Of a stretch of DNA of 64,000 bases, positions 37,283-45,743 are shown piece by piece. The notes beneath the pieces are model-generated. The model did no database searches and was not told the DNA's origin. It saw only the letters and a program-made list of their open reading frames with translations. The DNA is from Oscillospiraceae bacterium. Lineage in GTDB: Bacteria > Bacillota > Clostridia > Oscillospirales > Ruminococcaceae. The stretch spans positions 13,776 to 77,775 of the forward strand of contig JAZNTW010000013.1 of the NCBI GenBank assembly GCA_045591925.1, in the 5' to 3' direction. The translations under genes were made by a program, and so were the position numbers. How positions within the stretch are numbered: the first letter of the stretch is position 1; the number at the start of each line of letters is the position of its first letter.

Positions 37283-37719
37283 GAGAATATGTTGTCGAAA
37301 ACGAGTTTGTCAAGGCGGTAAAAGCGGCAGGCGGTGTGGCATACAAGCTGACATCGCAGACCGCAAACGGACTGCCGGACAGACTCGTTCTGTTCCCGGC
37401 GGCAAAGACGATTTTCGTGGAGCTGAAAGCACCGGGGAAAATGATGCGACCGCTTCAGCGGAAACGCAGATACCAGCTCATGAAGCTGGGCTTTCCGGTG
37501 CTGTGCATCGACAGGATGCTGCAGATCAAGCCGTTTATCACGGCAGCATTATCATGGACTCCCGGTGAGCAGTTTCCGGAAGGCATCGGTGCGAAGATAC
37601 CCGATCTGGAAATGTCAACGCTGCCGTCTGAGATAGACGATTTCGGCGAAACACTGGAACCGATAGACCCCGATGATCTGGCAGGATTCTATGAATTGGA
37701 GGAAGATGATACCGGATGA
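37279..37719 (+). CDS. VRR-NUC domain nuclease
   Basis: TTG at 37279 after GGAAGGA. ENEFVKAVKAAGG...GLPDRLVLFP...FVELKAPG matches the VRR-NUC D...ExK core. Confidence 0.7.
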   Translation: MREYVVENEFVKAVKAAGGVAYKLTSQTANGLPDRLVLFPAAKTIFVELKAPGKMMRPLQRKRRYQLMKLGFPVLCIDRMLQIKPFITAALSWTPGEQFPEGIGAKIPDLEMSTLPSEIDDFGETLEPIDPDDLAGFYELEEDDTG

Positions 37720-39086
37720 AATACACACCGCACGATTACCAGAAATACTGTATCGAATATATCCGGGAGCATCCTGTTTCAGCATTATTCCTGGACATGG
37801 GACTTGGCAAGACGATCATCACGCTGACAGCCCTCAACGCCCTGATGTTTGACGAGCTAAAAGTAAACAAGGTGCTGGTGATCGCGCCTCTCAGAGTCGC
37901 GCGTGACACCTGGCCTGCCGAGGTAAAGAAGTGGGATCATTTGCAGAATCTTGAAATATCTGTCATTGTCGGCAGCGTTAAGGAGCGCACCGCAGCGGTC
38001 AATCATAATGCGTTTATATACATCGTGAATCGTGAGAACGTCAAATGGCTTGTAGAGTATTATGAGAAAAACGGTCTCCGCTGGGATTTTGATATGATCG
38101 TCATTGATGAGCTGAGTTCCTTCAAGAACTATCAGTCGCAGCGGTTCAAATGGCTGCGGAAGGTGCGTCCTTTCGTGAAACGCTGGGTCGGGCTGACAGG
38201 TACACCGACTTCAAACGGTCTTATGGATCTGTGGGCGGAGATCGGCATCCTTGACGGCGGCGAACGGCTCGGGCGATTTATCGGCAGATTCCGTGAAAGC
38301 TATTTTAAACCCGGCAGCATGAATCCGAGCACTGGTGTGGTGTTCTCGTATACACCCCGCCCCGGTGCGGAGGAACAGATATACCAGAAGATCTCCGACA
38401 TCACCATTTCTATGAAAGCACTGGACTATCTGGATATGCCGGAGTGCGTGTATGTCAATCATGAGGTCGAGATGAATGCAGCGGAGCGAAGGCTCTACGA
38501 TCAGTTGAAGCATGACCTTATCATTCCGCTTGAGGACGGTGACATTGACGCCGCCAATGCTGCGAGTCTCAGCAACAAACTGCTCCAAATGGCAAACGGC
38601 GCAGTCTATGACGAAAACAAGGAAGCCCGTGTCATTCATCAGCGAAAACTGGAAATGCTCGAAGATCTGATCGAAGCCGCCAACGGACAGCCTGTGTTGA
38701 TTGGATACTGGTTCAAGCATGACCGCAGCCGTATTGTGGAGTATCTGAATGCCTGTGGCTACAATCCCCGCGACATCAAGGACAGCGCCGACATCACAGA
38801 CTGGAATGACGGAAATATCCCTGTCGCCCTGATACATCCTGCATCGGCAGGACATGGACTAAATATCCAGTCCGGCGGTCATATCATGATCTGGTTCGGA
38901 CTCACATGGAGTCTGGAACTGTATCAGCAGACCAATGCAAGACTGTGGAGACAGGGACAGAAAAACACTGTCACCATTCATCACATTGTGACGAAAGGCA
39001 CTGTCGATGAGGATGTGCTGGACGCCCTGGCTCACAAGGATGTGACGCAGGAGAAATTGATTGCCGCGGTCAAGGCAAGGTTGTGA
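37716..39086 (+). CDS. SNF2-family helicase
   Basis: Motif I MGLGKT, motif II VIDELSSF, C-terminal helicase motifs (QQTNARLWRQGQ). Confidence 0.85.
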   Translation: MKYTPHDYQKYCIEYIREHPVSALFLDMGLGKTIITLTALNALMFDELKVNKVLVIAPLRVARDTWPAEVKKWDHLQNLEISVIVGSVKERTAAVNHNAFIYIVNRENVKWLVEYYEKNGLRWDFDMIVIDELSSFKNYQSQRFKWLRKVRPFVKRWVGLTGTPTSNGLMDLWAEIGILDGGERLGRFIGRFRESYFKPGSMNPSTGVVFSYTPRPGAEEQIYQKISDITISMKALDYLDMPECVYVNHEVEMNAAERRLYDQLKHDLIIPLEDGDIDAANAASLSNKLLQMANGAVYDENKEARVIHQRKLEMLEDLIEAANGQPVLIGYWFKHDRSRIVEYLNACGYNPRDIKDSADITDWNDGNIPVALIHPASAGHGLNIQSGGHIMIWFGLTWSLELYQQTNARLWRQGQKNTVTIHHIVTKGTVDEDVLDALAHKDVTQEKLIAAVKARL

Positions 39087-39182
39087 TCATACTCTCTGTA
39101 TGATCCGCCCTGATTTGACGACAGAAAGACGGCAAAGTGGCGACAATTCGGTAACGCCGCATTATTTCGGAGGTGAAATCTT

Positions 39183-39677
39183 ATGGCTCGTAAAAACAAC
39201 CGCATGAAAACAGAATACCATAGAGGCCTCGGCTTTGATCCGAGAAAATATATCACTGCGCCAGTGCATCACACGGCATATGTTCTTCCCGACCGCATAC
39301 CGCAGCGCGGCGATATCTGGTTTGCGAACCTCGGCACACACCCTAATTCCAGTGTGCAGTCCGGCACTCGTCCTGTTATCATCATTTCCAATGACATCGG
39401 TAACAGCCATGCTGACACTGTCAATGTGATCCCGATGACCAAACACTTGAAAAAGCCGGAACTGCCCTGTCATACACAGCTTGATCCGCACAGTGTCATC
39501 GGCGGCAGTCAGCTTCTCGCACCGTCAATGGTGCTGGCGGAGCAGCTCACTACCATCAGCAAGTATGCACTTCGCACCTTCGCAGGGCATATTTCCGATG
39601 ATGAGGCAATGAACCGCATCGAGACTGCGGTGCTGTCACAGTTCGCTTTGGAAAGGAGCGTGTCCGAATGCCTGTAA
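39183..39677 (+). CDS. PemK/MazF-family toxin-like protein with ~40-aa N-terminal extension
   Basis: GGAGGTGA upstream. RGDIWFANLG...GSVQSGTRPVIIISND...TVNVIPMT matches the MazF/PemK core. Confidence 0.75.
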   Translation: MARKNNRMKTEYHRGLGFDPRKYITAPVHHTAYVLPDRIPQRGDIWFANLGTHPNSSVQSGTRPVIIISNDIGNSHADTVNVIPMTKHLKKPELPCHTQLDPHSVIGGSQLLAPSMVLAEQLTTISKYALRTFAGHISDDEAMNRIETAVLSQFALERSVSECL

Positions 39678-42100
39678 ATTTTGTAAATATCCCGGATGCA
39701 CTGAAGCAGTCGGCATCCTTCTGCGTCTGGAAGCTGGAAAAGAGATCCGGACGCCCCACAAAAGTGCCGTACAATCCGAGAACCGGCAACATGGCAAAAA
39801 CAAACGATCCGTCTACCTTCACAGACTTCAATACGGCAATGAAGTCCTACGCCATCGGCGGTTGGGACGGCATCGGCTACAGAGTTTCCGAGGGCATTGG
39901 TGCAATCGACATCGACCACTGTATCCGGGAGGATGGCAGTCTCAATGATGTCGCTGCATCAATCCTTGGCATCTTCCCTGATGCGTATTTTGAGAAATCT
40001 CCCTCTGGAACCGGACTGCGCGGATTCTTCCGACTCTCACCGGATTTTGCTTACGATAAGACCGTGTATTACATCAACAACCGCAGACACGGTCTGGAGG
40101 TCTATCTTTCCGGCGTGACGAACCGCTTTGTGACCGTCACAGGCGATATGTTTCGTAACGGTGCAGTCACACGAAATGATGATGCCCTGCGCACGCTGCT
40201 TGACACCTTCATGAAACGCAGCACCCGTGTATCCAATAAGACGATCGAGCCAGCATCCTATCTCGATGATGACGGTGTTATCGCTCATGCATCTGCATCG
40301 GAATCCGGCGACAAGTTCAAAGCTCTGTACGAAGGTCGCTGGGAAGAAGGTTACGACTCGCAGTCTGATGCAGATATGGCGTTAGTCTCCATCCTTGCTT
40401 TCTGGTGCGGCAATGTGGAGGAACAGATTGACCGTATCTTTCGCACATCCGGTTTGATGCGCGATAAGTGGGATCGTATGACCGGTGACAGCACCTATGG
40501 GCAGATCACGATTCGCAATGCTGTGTCCACCAACGGCGAGATCTACACGCCCATCATGAACGGTTCCGCAGAGGACGATTTTGAAACTCTGGATGACGAC
40601 GAGGAAGAAGCAGAGGTGTTGACCTTTGAGCCTGACCTTTCCCACATCACACTCACCATCGAGGAAATGCGGCCGCACACAAAGCCCCGCTATCAGCGTG
40701 ACGAGATCGGCATCGGCTATGCTTTTGCCGATTACTTCAAGCCTATTGCTCGTTTTGACCGGGAGCGCGGCATCTGGTATGTCTATGACGGGAAGGTCTG
40801 GCAGCCGGATGAGAATGCTCTCGCCGTGGCGGAACTTGCGAAGATTCTCGCTGACCGTCTGTACACATTTGCACTTCAGATCACCGATGAGGATACCCGA
40901 AATAGATATATCAAGCGCGTGCAGAAACTCCAGATGCGCAAGAATCGCCGCACGATGATCGAGGATGCAAAGTCGGTCTATCCGGTATCCCACACTGTTT
41001 TTGACCGCAATACCGATCTGTTTAACTGTCAGAACGGCACGCTGAATCTTACCACAGGTGAATTCCGTCCGCATGATCCGGCGGACTTTCTCACCATGAT
41101 GTCCGGCATCACCTATGATCCGGATGCAGCCTGTCCGAGATGGGAGCAGTTTATCTCTGAGGTCATGTGCAACGATGCTGCCCTCGCTCTTTACCTTCAG
41201 AAAGCACTCGGTTATGCTCTGACCGGAGATACCTCTCTCGAATGCCTGTTCATCCTCTACGGTGCAACATCCCGAAACGGTAAAGGCACCACGATGGAAA
41301 CATTTCTGAAGATCATGGGCGACTACGGCAAGACCTCCAACCCTGAGATGCTGTCTACGAAATTCGGCAATACCAATGCATCCGGACCGTCCGAGGAGAT
41401 TGCCCGCCTTGCAGGTGTGCGTTTCGTCAATATCTCCGAGCCGGAGAAGAAGATCACATTCAATGCAGCACTGGTAAAGAGAATGACAGGTAATGATACG
41501 CTGAATGCGCGTTTCCTGCATGAGAATTCTTTTGATTTCCGCCCGAACTTCAAGATTTTCATCAATACCAACTACAAGCCGTCTGTATCGGATATGACGC
41601 TTTTCTACTCCTGCCGTTTGAAGCTCATCCCGTTCAAGCGGCATTTTGAGGAACATGAGCAGGATAAAGGTCTCAAGGGATTCTTCAGTCTCCCTGAGTC
41701 ACAGTCTGCCATCTTCAACTGGTGCTATGCAGGGTACAAGCTGTTCAAGAAAGAAGGCTTAGATGATCCGAATGCTGTAACCGAGGCAACTAAGGAGTAT
41801 CAGGAGGAGTCTGATCGCATCGGTCAGTTTGTCGCGGCATGGCTCGAAGAAGGCGAAGCCTTCGAGGTGCGTACTTCCGCAGTGTACAAGCTGTACGGAG
41901 AGTGGTGCGATAAGTACGGGTACCGCAAGGAGAACAGCACCAACTTCAATAACGCCATCCAGCGATTCTTCCCTATTGTGCGAAAACGTCCGAGCGATGG
42001 AAGTGGTGCGCAGAAAACGACTATGCTTGTTGGGTGCCGATTCTTGGAGCATGAGAACGGTGAAACAGACGAGCCGAAGGAGTTTGCCGCTTTGGAGTGA
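39668..42100 (+). CDS. Primase-polymerase + D5/P4-type SF3 helicase (phage/plasmid primase)
   Basis: N-terminal FCVWKLEKRSGRPTKVPYNP and GAIDIDHC are prim-pol features. Walker A GATSRNGKGT in the C-terminal half. Confidence 0.8.
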   Translation: MPVNFVNIPDALKQSASFCVWKLEKRSGRPTKVPYNPRTGNMAKTNDPSTFTDFNTAMKSYAIGGWDGIGYRVSEGIGAIDIDHCIREDGSLNDVAASILGIFPDAYFEKSPSGTGLRGFFRLSPDFAYDKTVYYINNRRHGLEVYLSGVTNRFVTVTGDMFRNGAVTRNDDALRTLLDTFMKRSTRVSNKTIEPASYLDDDGVIAHASASESGDKFKALYEGRWEEGYDSQSDADMALVSILAFWCGNVEEQIDRIFRTSGLMRDKWDRMTGDSTYGQITIRNAVSTNGEIYTPIMNGSAEDDFETLDDDEEEAEVLTFEPDLSHITLTIEEMRPHTKPRYQRDEIGIGYAFADYFKPIARFDRERGIWYVYDGKVWQPDENALAVAELAKILADRLYTFALQITDEDTRNRYIKRVQKLQMRKNRRTMIEDAKSVYPVSHTVFDRNTDLFNCQNGTLNLTTGEFRPHDPADFLTMMSGITYDPDAACPRWEQFISEVMCNDAALALYLQKALGYALTGDTSLECLFILYGATSRNGKGTTMETFLKIMGDYGKTSNPEMLSTKFGNTNASGPSEEIARLAGVRFVNISEPEKKITFNAALVKRMTGNDTLNARFLHENSFDFRPNFKIFINTNYKPSVSDMTLFYSCRLKLIPFKRHFEEHEQDKGLKGFFSLPESQSAIFNWCYAGYKLFKKEGLDDPNAVTEATKEYQEESDRIGQFVAAWLEEGEAFEVRTSAVYKLYGEWCDKYGYRKENSTNFNNAIQRFFPIVRKRPSDGSGAQKTTMLVGCRFLEHENGETDEPKEFAALE

Positions 42101-42189
42101 TCCCATCAGCGGCACTTGTAAAGCGTGAACGAGCCGAAGCCTCTCGTTTTTATCGATTCTACGCTGTTTTTCGCAACTGGGGGCAGCGA

Positions 42190-42267
42190 GGGGCAAGTTT
42201 TTTTGGTGGTTATTATATATACATCTCTTTATATATATTACTATTTTTACTTGCCCCTATTTGCCCC
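42190..42267. other. Candidate replication origin: inverted GGGGCAAG/CTTGCCCC boxes around an AT-rich palindromic core
   Basis: GGGGCAAG (42190-42197), a T-run, TATTATATATACATCTCTTTATATATATTA, then CTTGCCCC (42250-42257) and TTGCCCC (42261-42267). Lies directly downstream of the primase gene. Confidence 0.35.
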
Positions 42268-42458
42268 AAATATAAATAAATAATAGAAAAGATAAGAAGA
42301 ATAGGGATTTTTCAAGTTTTTATAAGTCATTGCCTACTAACTAGCCAGGGATTGTAAGATACAAACTGTGGACGGGAACAGCCACGGTGTGTATCGGACA
42401 GGCTTGGCAGGGTGTGAGGCATGAAACAAAAATAATCATTATCAGGAGGACTAAGACT

Positions 42459-43553
42459 ATGAGAATCATTTCTTCCGAACAGGTATCCGCAGGACACCCC
42501 GACAAGATCTGTGACCAGATCGCAGATGCAATCGTGACCGACTGCTTACAGCACGACAAAGACAGCCGTGTCGCCATCGAGTGCCTTTTCAAGAACCGCT
42601 GCCTTGTGATCGCCGGTGAGCTGACAAGCACGCATGAGCCGGATTATGAGAAGCTCGTGCAGAATGTGTTCGACCGAATCAACAACGGCGGTGCGGAGAA
42701 TGCCGATGCAGGGCTTGACTACAAGCTCGATTTCACAGCCGATGATCTGGACATTGCGATTTTAGTCGATCACCAGAGCGGCGACATTGCGCTCGGTGTG
42801 AATACCGGTGGTGCAGGAGATCAGGGCATGATGTACGGTTATGCGACCAACGAAACGCCGGAACTGCTCCCGATTCCCTTCGTGCTGGCTACCAGATTTC
42901 TGGCACTGCTGAAAGCCTATCCCTGCCGTATGTTGAAAGCCGACGCAAAGGCACAGGTCAGCTTTGACTACGACAGCGGCAGGATCACGACCTTCCTCTG
43001 CTCGGTTCAGCATACACACGATGTGAAAGTGAAAGATTTCAAGCCCATCATTGAAAAGCTGATGGTGAGAACAGCAACCGAATACGGACTGAACACTGAC
43101 TTTGAAAAGCTGGTCAATCCGACCGGCAGATTTGTCCTCGGCAGTTCTTTCGCAGACTGCGGCGTTACCGGACGCAAGCTCGCCTGTGACACCTATGGCG
43201 GTATCGGGCATATCGGCGGCGGTGCGATGTCCGGCAAAGATCCGTCAAAGGTTGACCGCAGCGGCGCATATGCAGCCCGCAAAATTGCAAGGGATATTGT
43301 CAGTGCCGGATATGCGGACAAGGCAGAGGTGCAGATCGCATACGCAATCGGTGTCGCGGAGCCTGTGTCGGTCTATGTGGAAACCTTCGGCACGGAGCAT
43401 CAGGACAAGGAATTCATCAGCCAGTATGTCCGTGAGAATTACGACCTTACGCCGAGAGGTATTATTGACGGTCTGGGACTTCTCGATGTGGACTATAACG
43501 CCGTTTCCGCATATGGACACTTCGGAAAATCGTGGCTTCCGTGGGAGCAGTAA
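42459..43553 (+). CDS. metK: S-adenosylmethionine synthetase
   Basis: ATG after AGGAGGA. GHPDKICDQIAD and GGGAMSGKD signatures. Confidence 0.9.
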   Translation: MRIISSEQVSAGHPDKICDQIADAIVTDCLQHDKDSRVAIECLFKNRCLVIAGELTSTHEPDYEKLVQNVFDRINNGGAENADAGLDYKLDFTADDLDIAILVDHQSGDIALGVNTGGAGDQGMMYGYATNETPELLPIPFVLATRFLALLKAYPCRMLKADAKAQVSFDYDSGRITTFLCSVQHTHDVKVKDFKPIIEKLMVRTATEYGLNTDFEKLVNPTGRFVLGSSFADCGVTGRKLACDTYGGIGHIGGGAMSGKDPSKVDRSGAYAARKIARDIVSAGYADKAEVQIAYAIGVAEPVSVYVETFGTEHQDKEFISQYVRENYDLTPRGIIDGLGLLDVDYNAVSAYGHFGKSWLPWEQ

Positions 43554-43589
43554 GAGCCTCTAAAAAATTTTTGAGATATTTTTGAAATC

Positions 43590-43631
43590 GACCCGCCATT
43601 TTGGCCTCTCCCACGACAATATATGAGGGGC
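43590..43631 (+). repeat. Copy B of the 43-nt conserved motif
   Basis: GACCCGCCATTTTGGCCTCTCCCACGACAATATATGAGGGGC. The stem is retained with one G-T wobble. Also preceded by an A6T5 run. Confidence 0.7.
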
Positions 43632-43716
43632 GTTGTTCAACACCGATTGCAAACGCACTACGGAGCTGACCGCCCCTATCACTATGAAACACCACTGTGG
43701 AAAGGAGGCAGAGACA

Positions 43717-44076
43717 ATGCCAAGCAGACCAAAGACACCATGCCGACATCCCGGCTGTGCAGCGCTCGTTCCCTACGGTACCAAGTACTGTGACAAGCAC
43801 CGTTCCCTCCACCCGGAGGACACTCGCTCCGCAGGCAGCCGAGGCTATGGTACAGCATGGAACAAAGCCCGCAAGCGTTACCTTGAGACGCATCCGCTGT
43901 GTGTGGAGTGCATGAAGCAAGGGCGTTATGTCAAGGCGACCGATGTCGATCACATCAAACCGCACCGAGGTGACAGCGTACTGTTCTGGGATCAGAGCAA
44001 CTGGCAGAGCCTCTGTCACCGACACCACAGTATCAAAACCCGAAACGAAGACCACACCCCTGAGTACAAGTACTGA
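43717..44076 (+). CDS. HNH endonuclease
   Basis: GAAAGGAGG upstream. DVDHIKPH ... LCHRHHSIKT HNH core with Cys pairs. Confidence 0.85.
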   Translation: MPSRPKTPCRHPGCAALVPYGTKYCDKHRSLHPEDTRSAGSRGYGTAWNKARKRYLETHPLCVECMKQGRYVKATDVDHIKPHRGDSVLFWDQSNWQSLCHRHHSIKTRNEDHTPEYKY

Positions 44077-44131
44077 AAGCAAGCCACACTTACTAGCGTT
44101 GCAGTTCAGACAGGCTCAGGGGTGTACCTAT

Positions 44132-44152
44132 GGGGCGGGGCTGGGGCTGGGG
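44132..44152 (+). other. Canonical G-quadruplex-forming motif
   Basis: GGGGCGGGGCTGGGGCTGGGG: four G4 runs with 1-2-nt loops, inside a 462-nt non-coding gap. Confidence 0.6.
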
Positions 44153-44538
44153 CAGCCCGCCGGGGGCCGGTCGAAATCTCTAAAAACTGAGCAACACAAG
44201 ACCGTCGGCCCCTCTCGTGTTAAAAAACGCGAAATTGAAGGCCCCCCGCCTGTCTGGGGCCCTGACAGTTGAAAAAAATAGAGCCGCCAACGGAAACGGC
44301 GGCAACGGAAAATCTTGATTCTATGCGATATTTCACACGGCTGACTACATCTTCTCCTTTCAAAGCGGCACTGCGCTATTTCGTTAATGAAAACAGTGGA
44401 AAACGGCGATTTTTCACGCAAAAAACAAGCGAAAAACATCATTTTCAGTGTTTTTATGCTTCCGCCGTTTTTCACTGGGCGCAGCCCGTGTGGATACCGA
44501 GAAATTGCGTAGTTCTGCCATTTTGAGGATGTGAGGAT

Positions 44539-44838
44539 ATGACCGACACACAAAAGCAGCAGATCCTCAGTATGCGGATGCAGGGCATCGGATATCACGT
44601 TATCGGCAAAACGCTGAATCTGGACGAGCATCTGGTACAGCTCTACTGCAAGTCGCATGGGCTTGCTGGGGATGCCGGACTTGTCAGGCTGAACCACGAT
44701 ATTTGGTGCCGTGAGAATAACCGCTGCGCTTTCTGCGGCATAAAGCTGAAACAGTCGCGGCGTGGCAGACGTAGACGTTTCTGTTCCGGTAGCTGCCGCA
44801 CGAGATACTGCATCATGAGAAAAGATACGGAGGTATGA
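44539..44838 (+). CDS. HTH + C-terminal zinc-ribbon DNA-binding protein
   Basis: QKQQILSMRMQGIGYHVIGKTLN is HTH-like. CAFCG...CSGSC. Confidence 0.6.
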   Translation: MTDTQKQQILSMRMQGIGYHVIGKTLNLDEHLVQLYCKSHGLAGDAGLVRLNHDIWCRENNRCAFCGIKLKQSRRGRRRRFCSGSCRTRYCIMRKDTEV

Positions 44839-45023
44839 ACATGGTCTTAGCGATTCTGAACTGGATTCTGATGTTATTTATGATCGTTTTTCAGGCGGTC
44901 TGGATTCACAGCATTCTAAATCATGACGGCAAATGCCATTACACGGACTGCAAGCATTGTTTCTACGATGGCTGGTGTCCGATTCAGGAAGAGAGGAGAA
45001 AGCGTCATGACAGAAAACAATAA
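44835..45023 (+). CDS. Small membrane protein
   Basis: 62-aa ORF with ATGA overlap and a hydrophobic N-terminus. Confidence 0.5.
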   Translation: MNMVLAILNWILMLFMIVFQAVWIHSILNHDGKCHYTDCKHCFYDGWCPIQEERRKRHDRKQ

Positions 45024-45261
45024 TCAGTCTGTGGTGCAGAACGATCCGGTGAATCATCCGGCACACTACACTGCTGGCGGCATCGAGGTTATCGACTTTC
45101 TGGAATCGTGGAACTTCCCGTTCCATCTGGCGAACGCAATAAAATACATTTGCCGCGCAGGGCGGAAAGATAAAAGCAAGACCGCCGAGGACCTTCGCAA
45201 AGCGATCTGGTATATCAACCGCTACATTGAGTACCTCGGAAAGCAGGAGGGCAAGGCATGA
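45007..45261 (+). CDS. DUF3310-family protein
   Basis: ATG at 45007 after GAGGAGAA. VNHPAHYT...IEVIDF...NAIKYICRAGRK matches DUF3310. Confidence 0.75.
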   Translation: MTENNNQSVVQNDPVNHPAHYTAGGIEVIDFLESWNFPFHLANAIKYICRAGRKDKSKTAEDLRKAIWYINRYIEYLGKQEGKA

Positions 45262-45743
45262 CGCTGACTGAGACTTTCATTCAGAACGCCATCCACCTCG
45301 ATGCAGGTGCGGAGGTCATGTACGGCAGCGATCAGATTTACGACACCTACCCCTGCCGCTTTCCGACTGTCGAGTTTCAGCTTTCGGCAACGGATGCACT
45401 TGTTGAGGTTGCAGACCGCATCCGCATGGAGAAGGGCTACCTTCCGATGCATCCGCGAGACGGCAGAACGGACGACGTAGACTGCGATGGCTGGTACGAC
45501 TTCTATGTCGGCATCAGCAAGCTCCCCGGCGACCATCAGCAGTGTCAGCTCGACAGCAGCATCAGCTTTGTGGTCGTCAATTCGGATTCCGATGACAACG
45601 AGGATATGTACACAATTGACCTCACGGAATCCGAAAGGGAATGTGTATTTGATATTCTGAACCGCCAGTGCAGGCGGTATCATGGGAAGGACTGCGCCGC
45701 ACTTCTGGCGGAATCCGAAAAGGAGCTGATGGATACAGCATGA
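45258..45743 (+). CDS. Hypothetical protein
   Basis: 161-aa ORF with ATGA overlaps at both ends. Confidence 0.6.
   Translation: MTLTETFIQNAIHLDAGAEVMYGSDQIYDTYPCRFPTVEFQLSATDALVEVADRIRMEKGYLPMHPRDGRTDDVDCDGWYDFYVGISKLPGDHQQCQLDSSISFVVVNSDSDDNEDMYTIDLTESERECVFDILNRQCRRYHGKDCAALLAESEKELMDTA

Noticed and set aside
36021-37346. 441-aa minus-strand ORF, and similar long antisense ORFs (31190-32005, 31506-32246, 40382-41656, 55961-56896, 58419-59846, 47075-47875)
   Set aside because: All lie opposite plus-strand genes with clear family motifs and SDs. Their translations are Arg/Cys/His/Ala-rich and lack motifs. They are open-frame artefacts of GC-rich coding DNA.
42101-42458. SAM riboswitch in the metK leader
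   Set aside because: I could not find the S-box (SAM-I) conserved core or an SMK-box-like SD-sequestering pattern by eye. This needs an Rfam scan before any claim.
43717-44838. HNH followed by a terminase small subunit (packaging module)
   Set aside because: The gene after the gap is a 99-aa HTH/zinc-ribbon protein, and no large terminase, portal or capsid gene follows in the window. The packaging-module reading is therefore unsupported here, and only the possible cos/pac nature of the gap is kept as a hypothesis.
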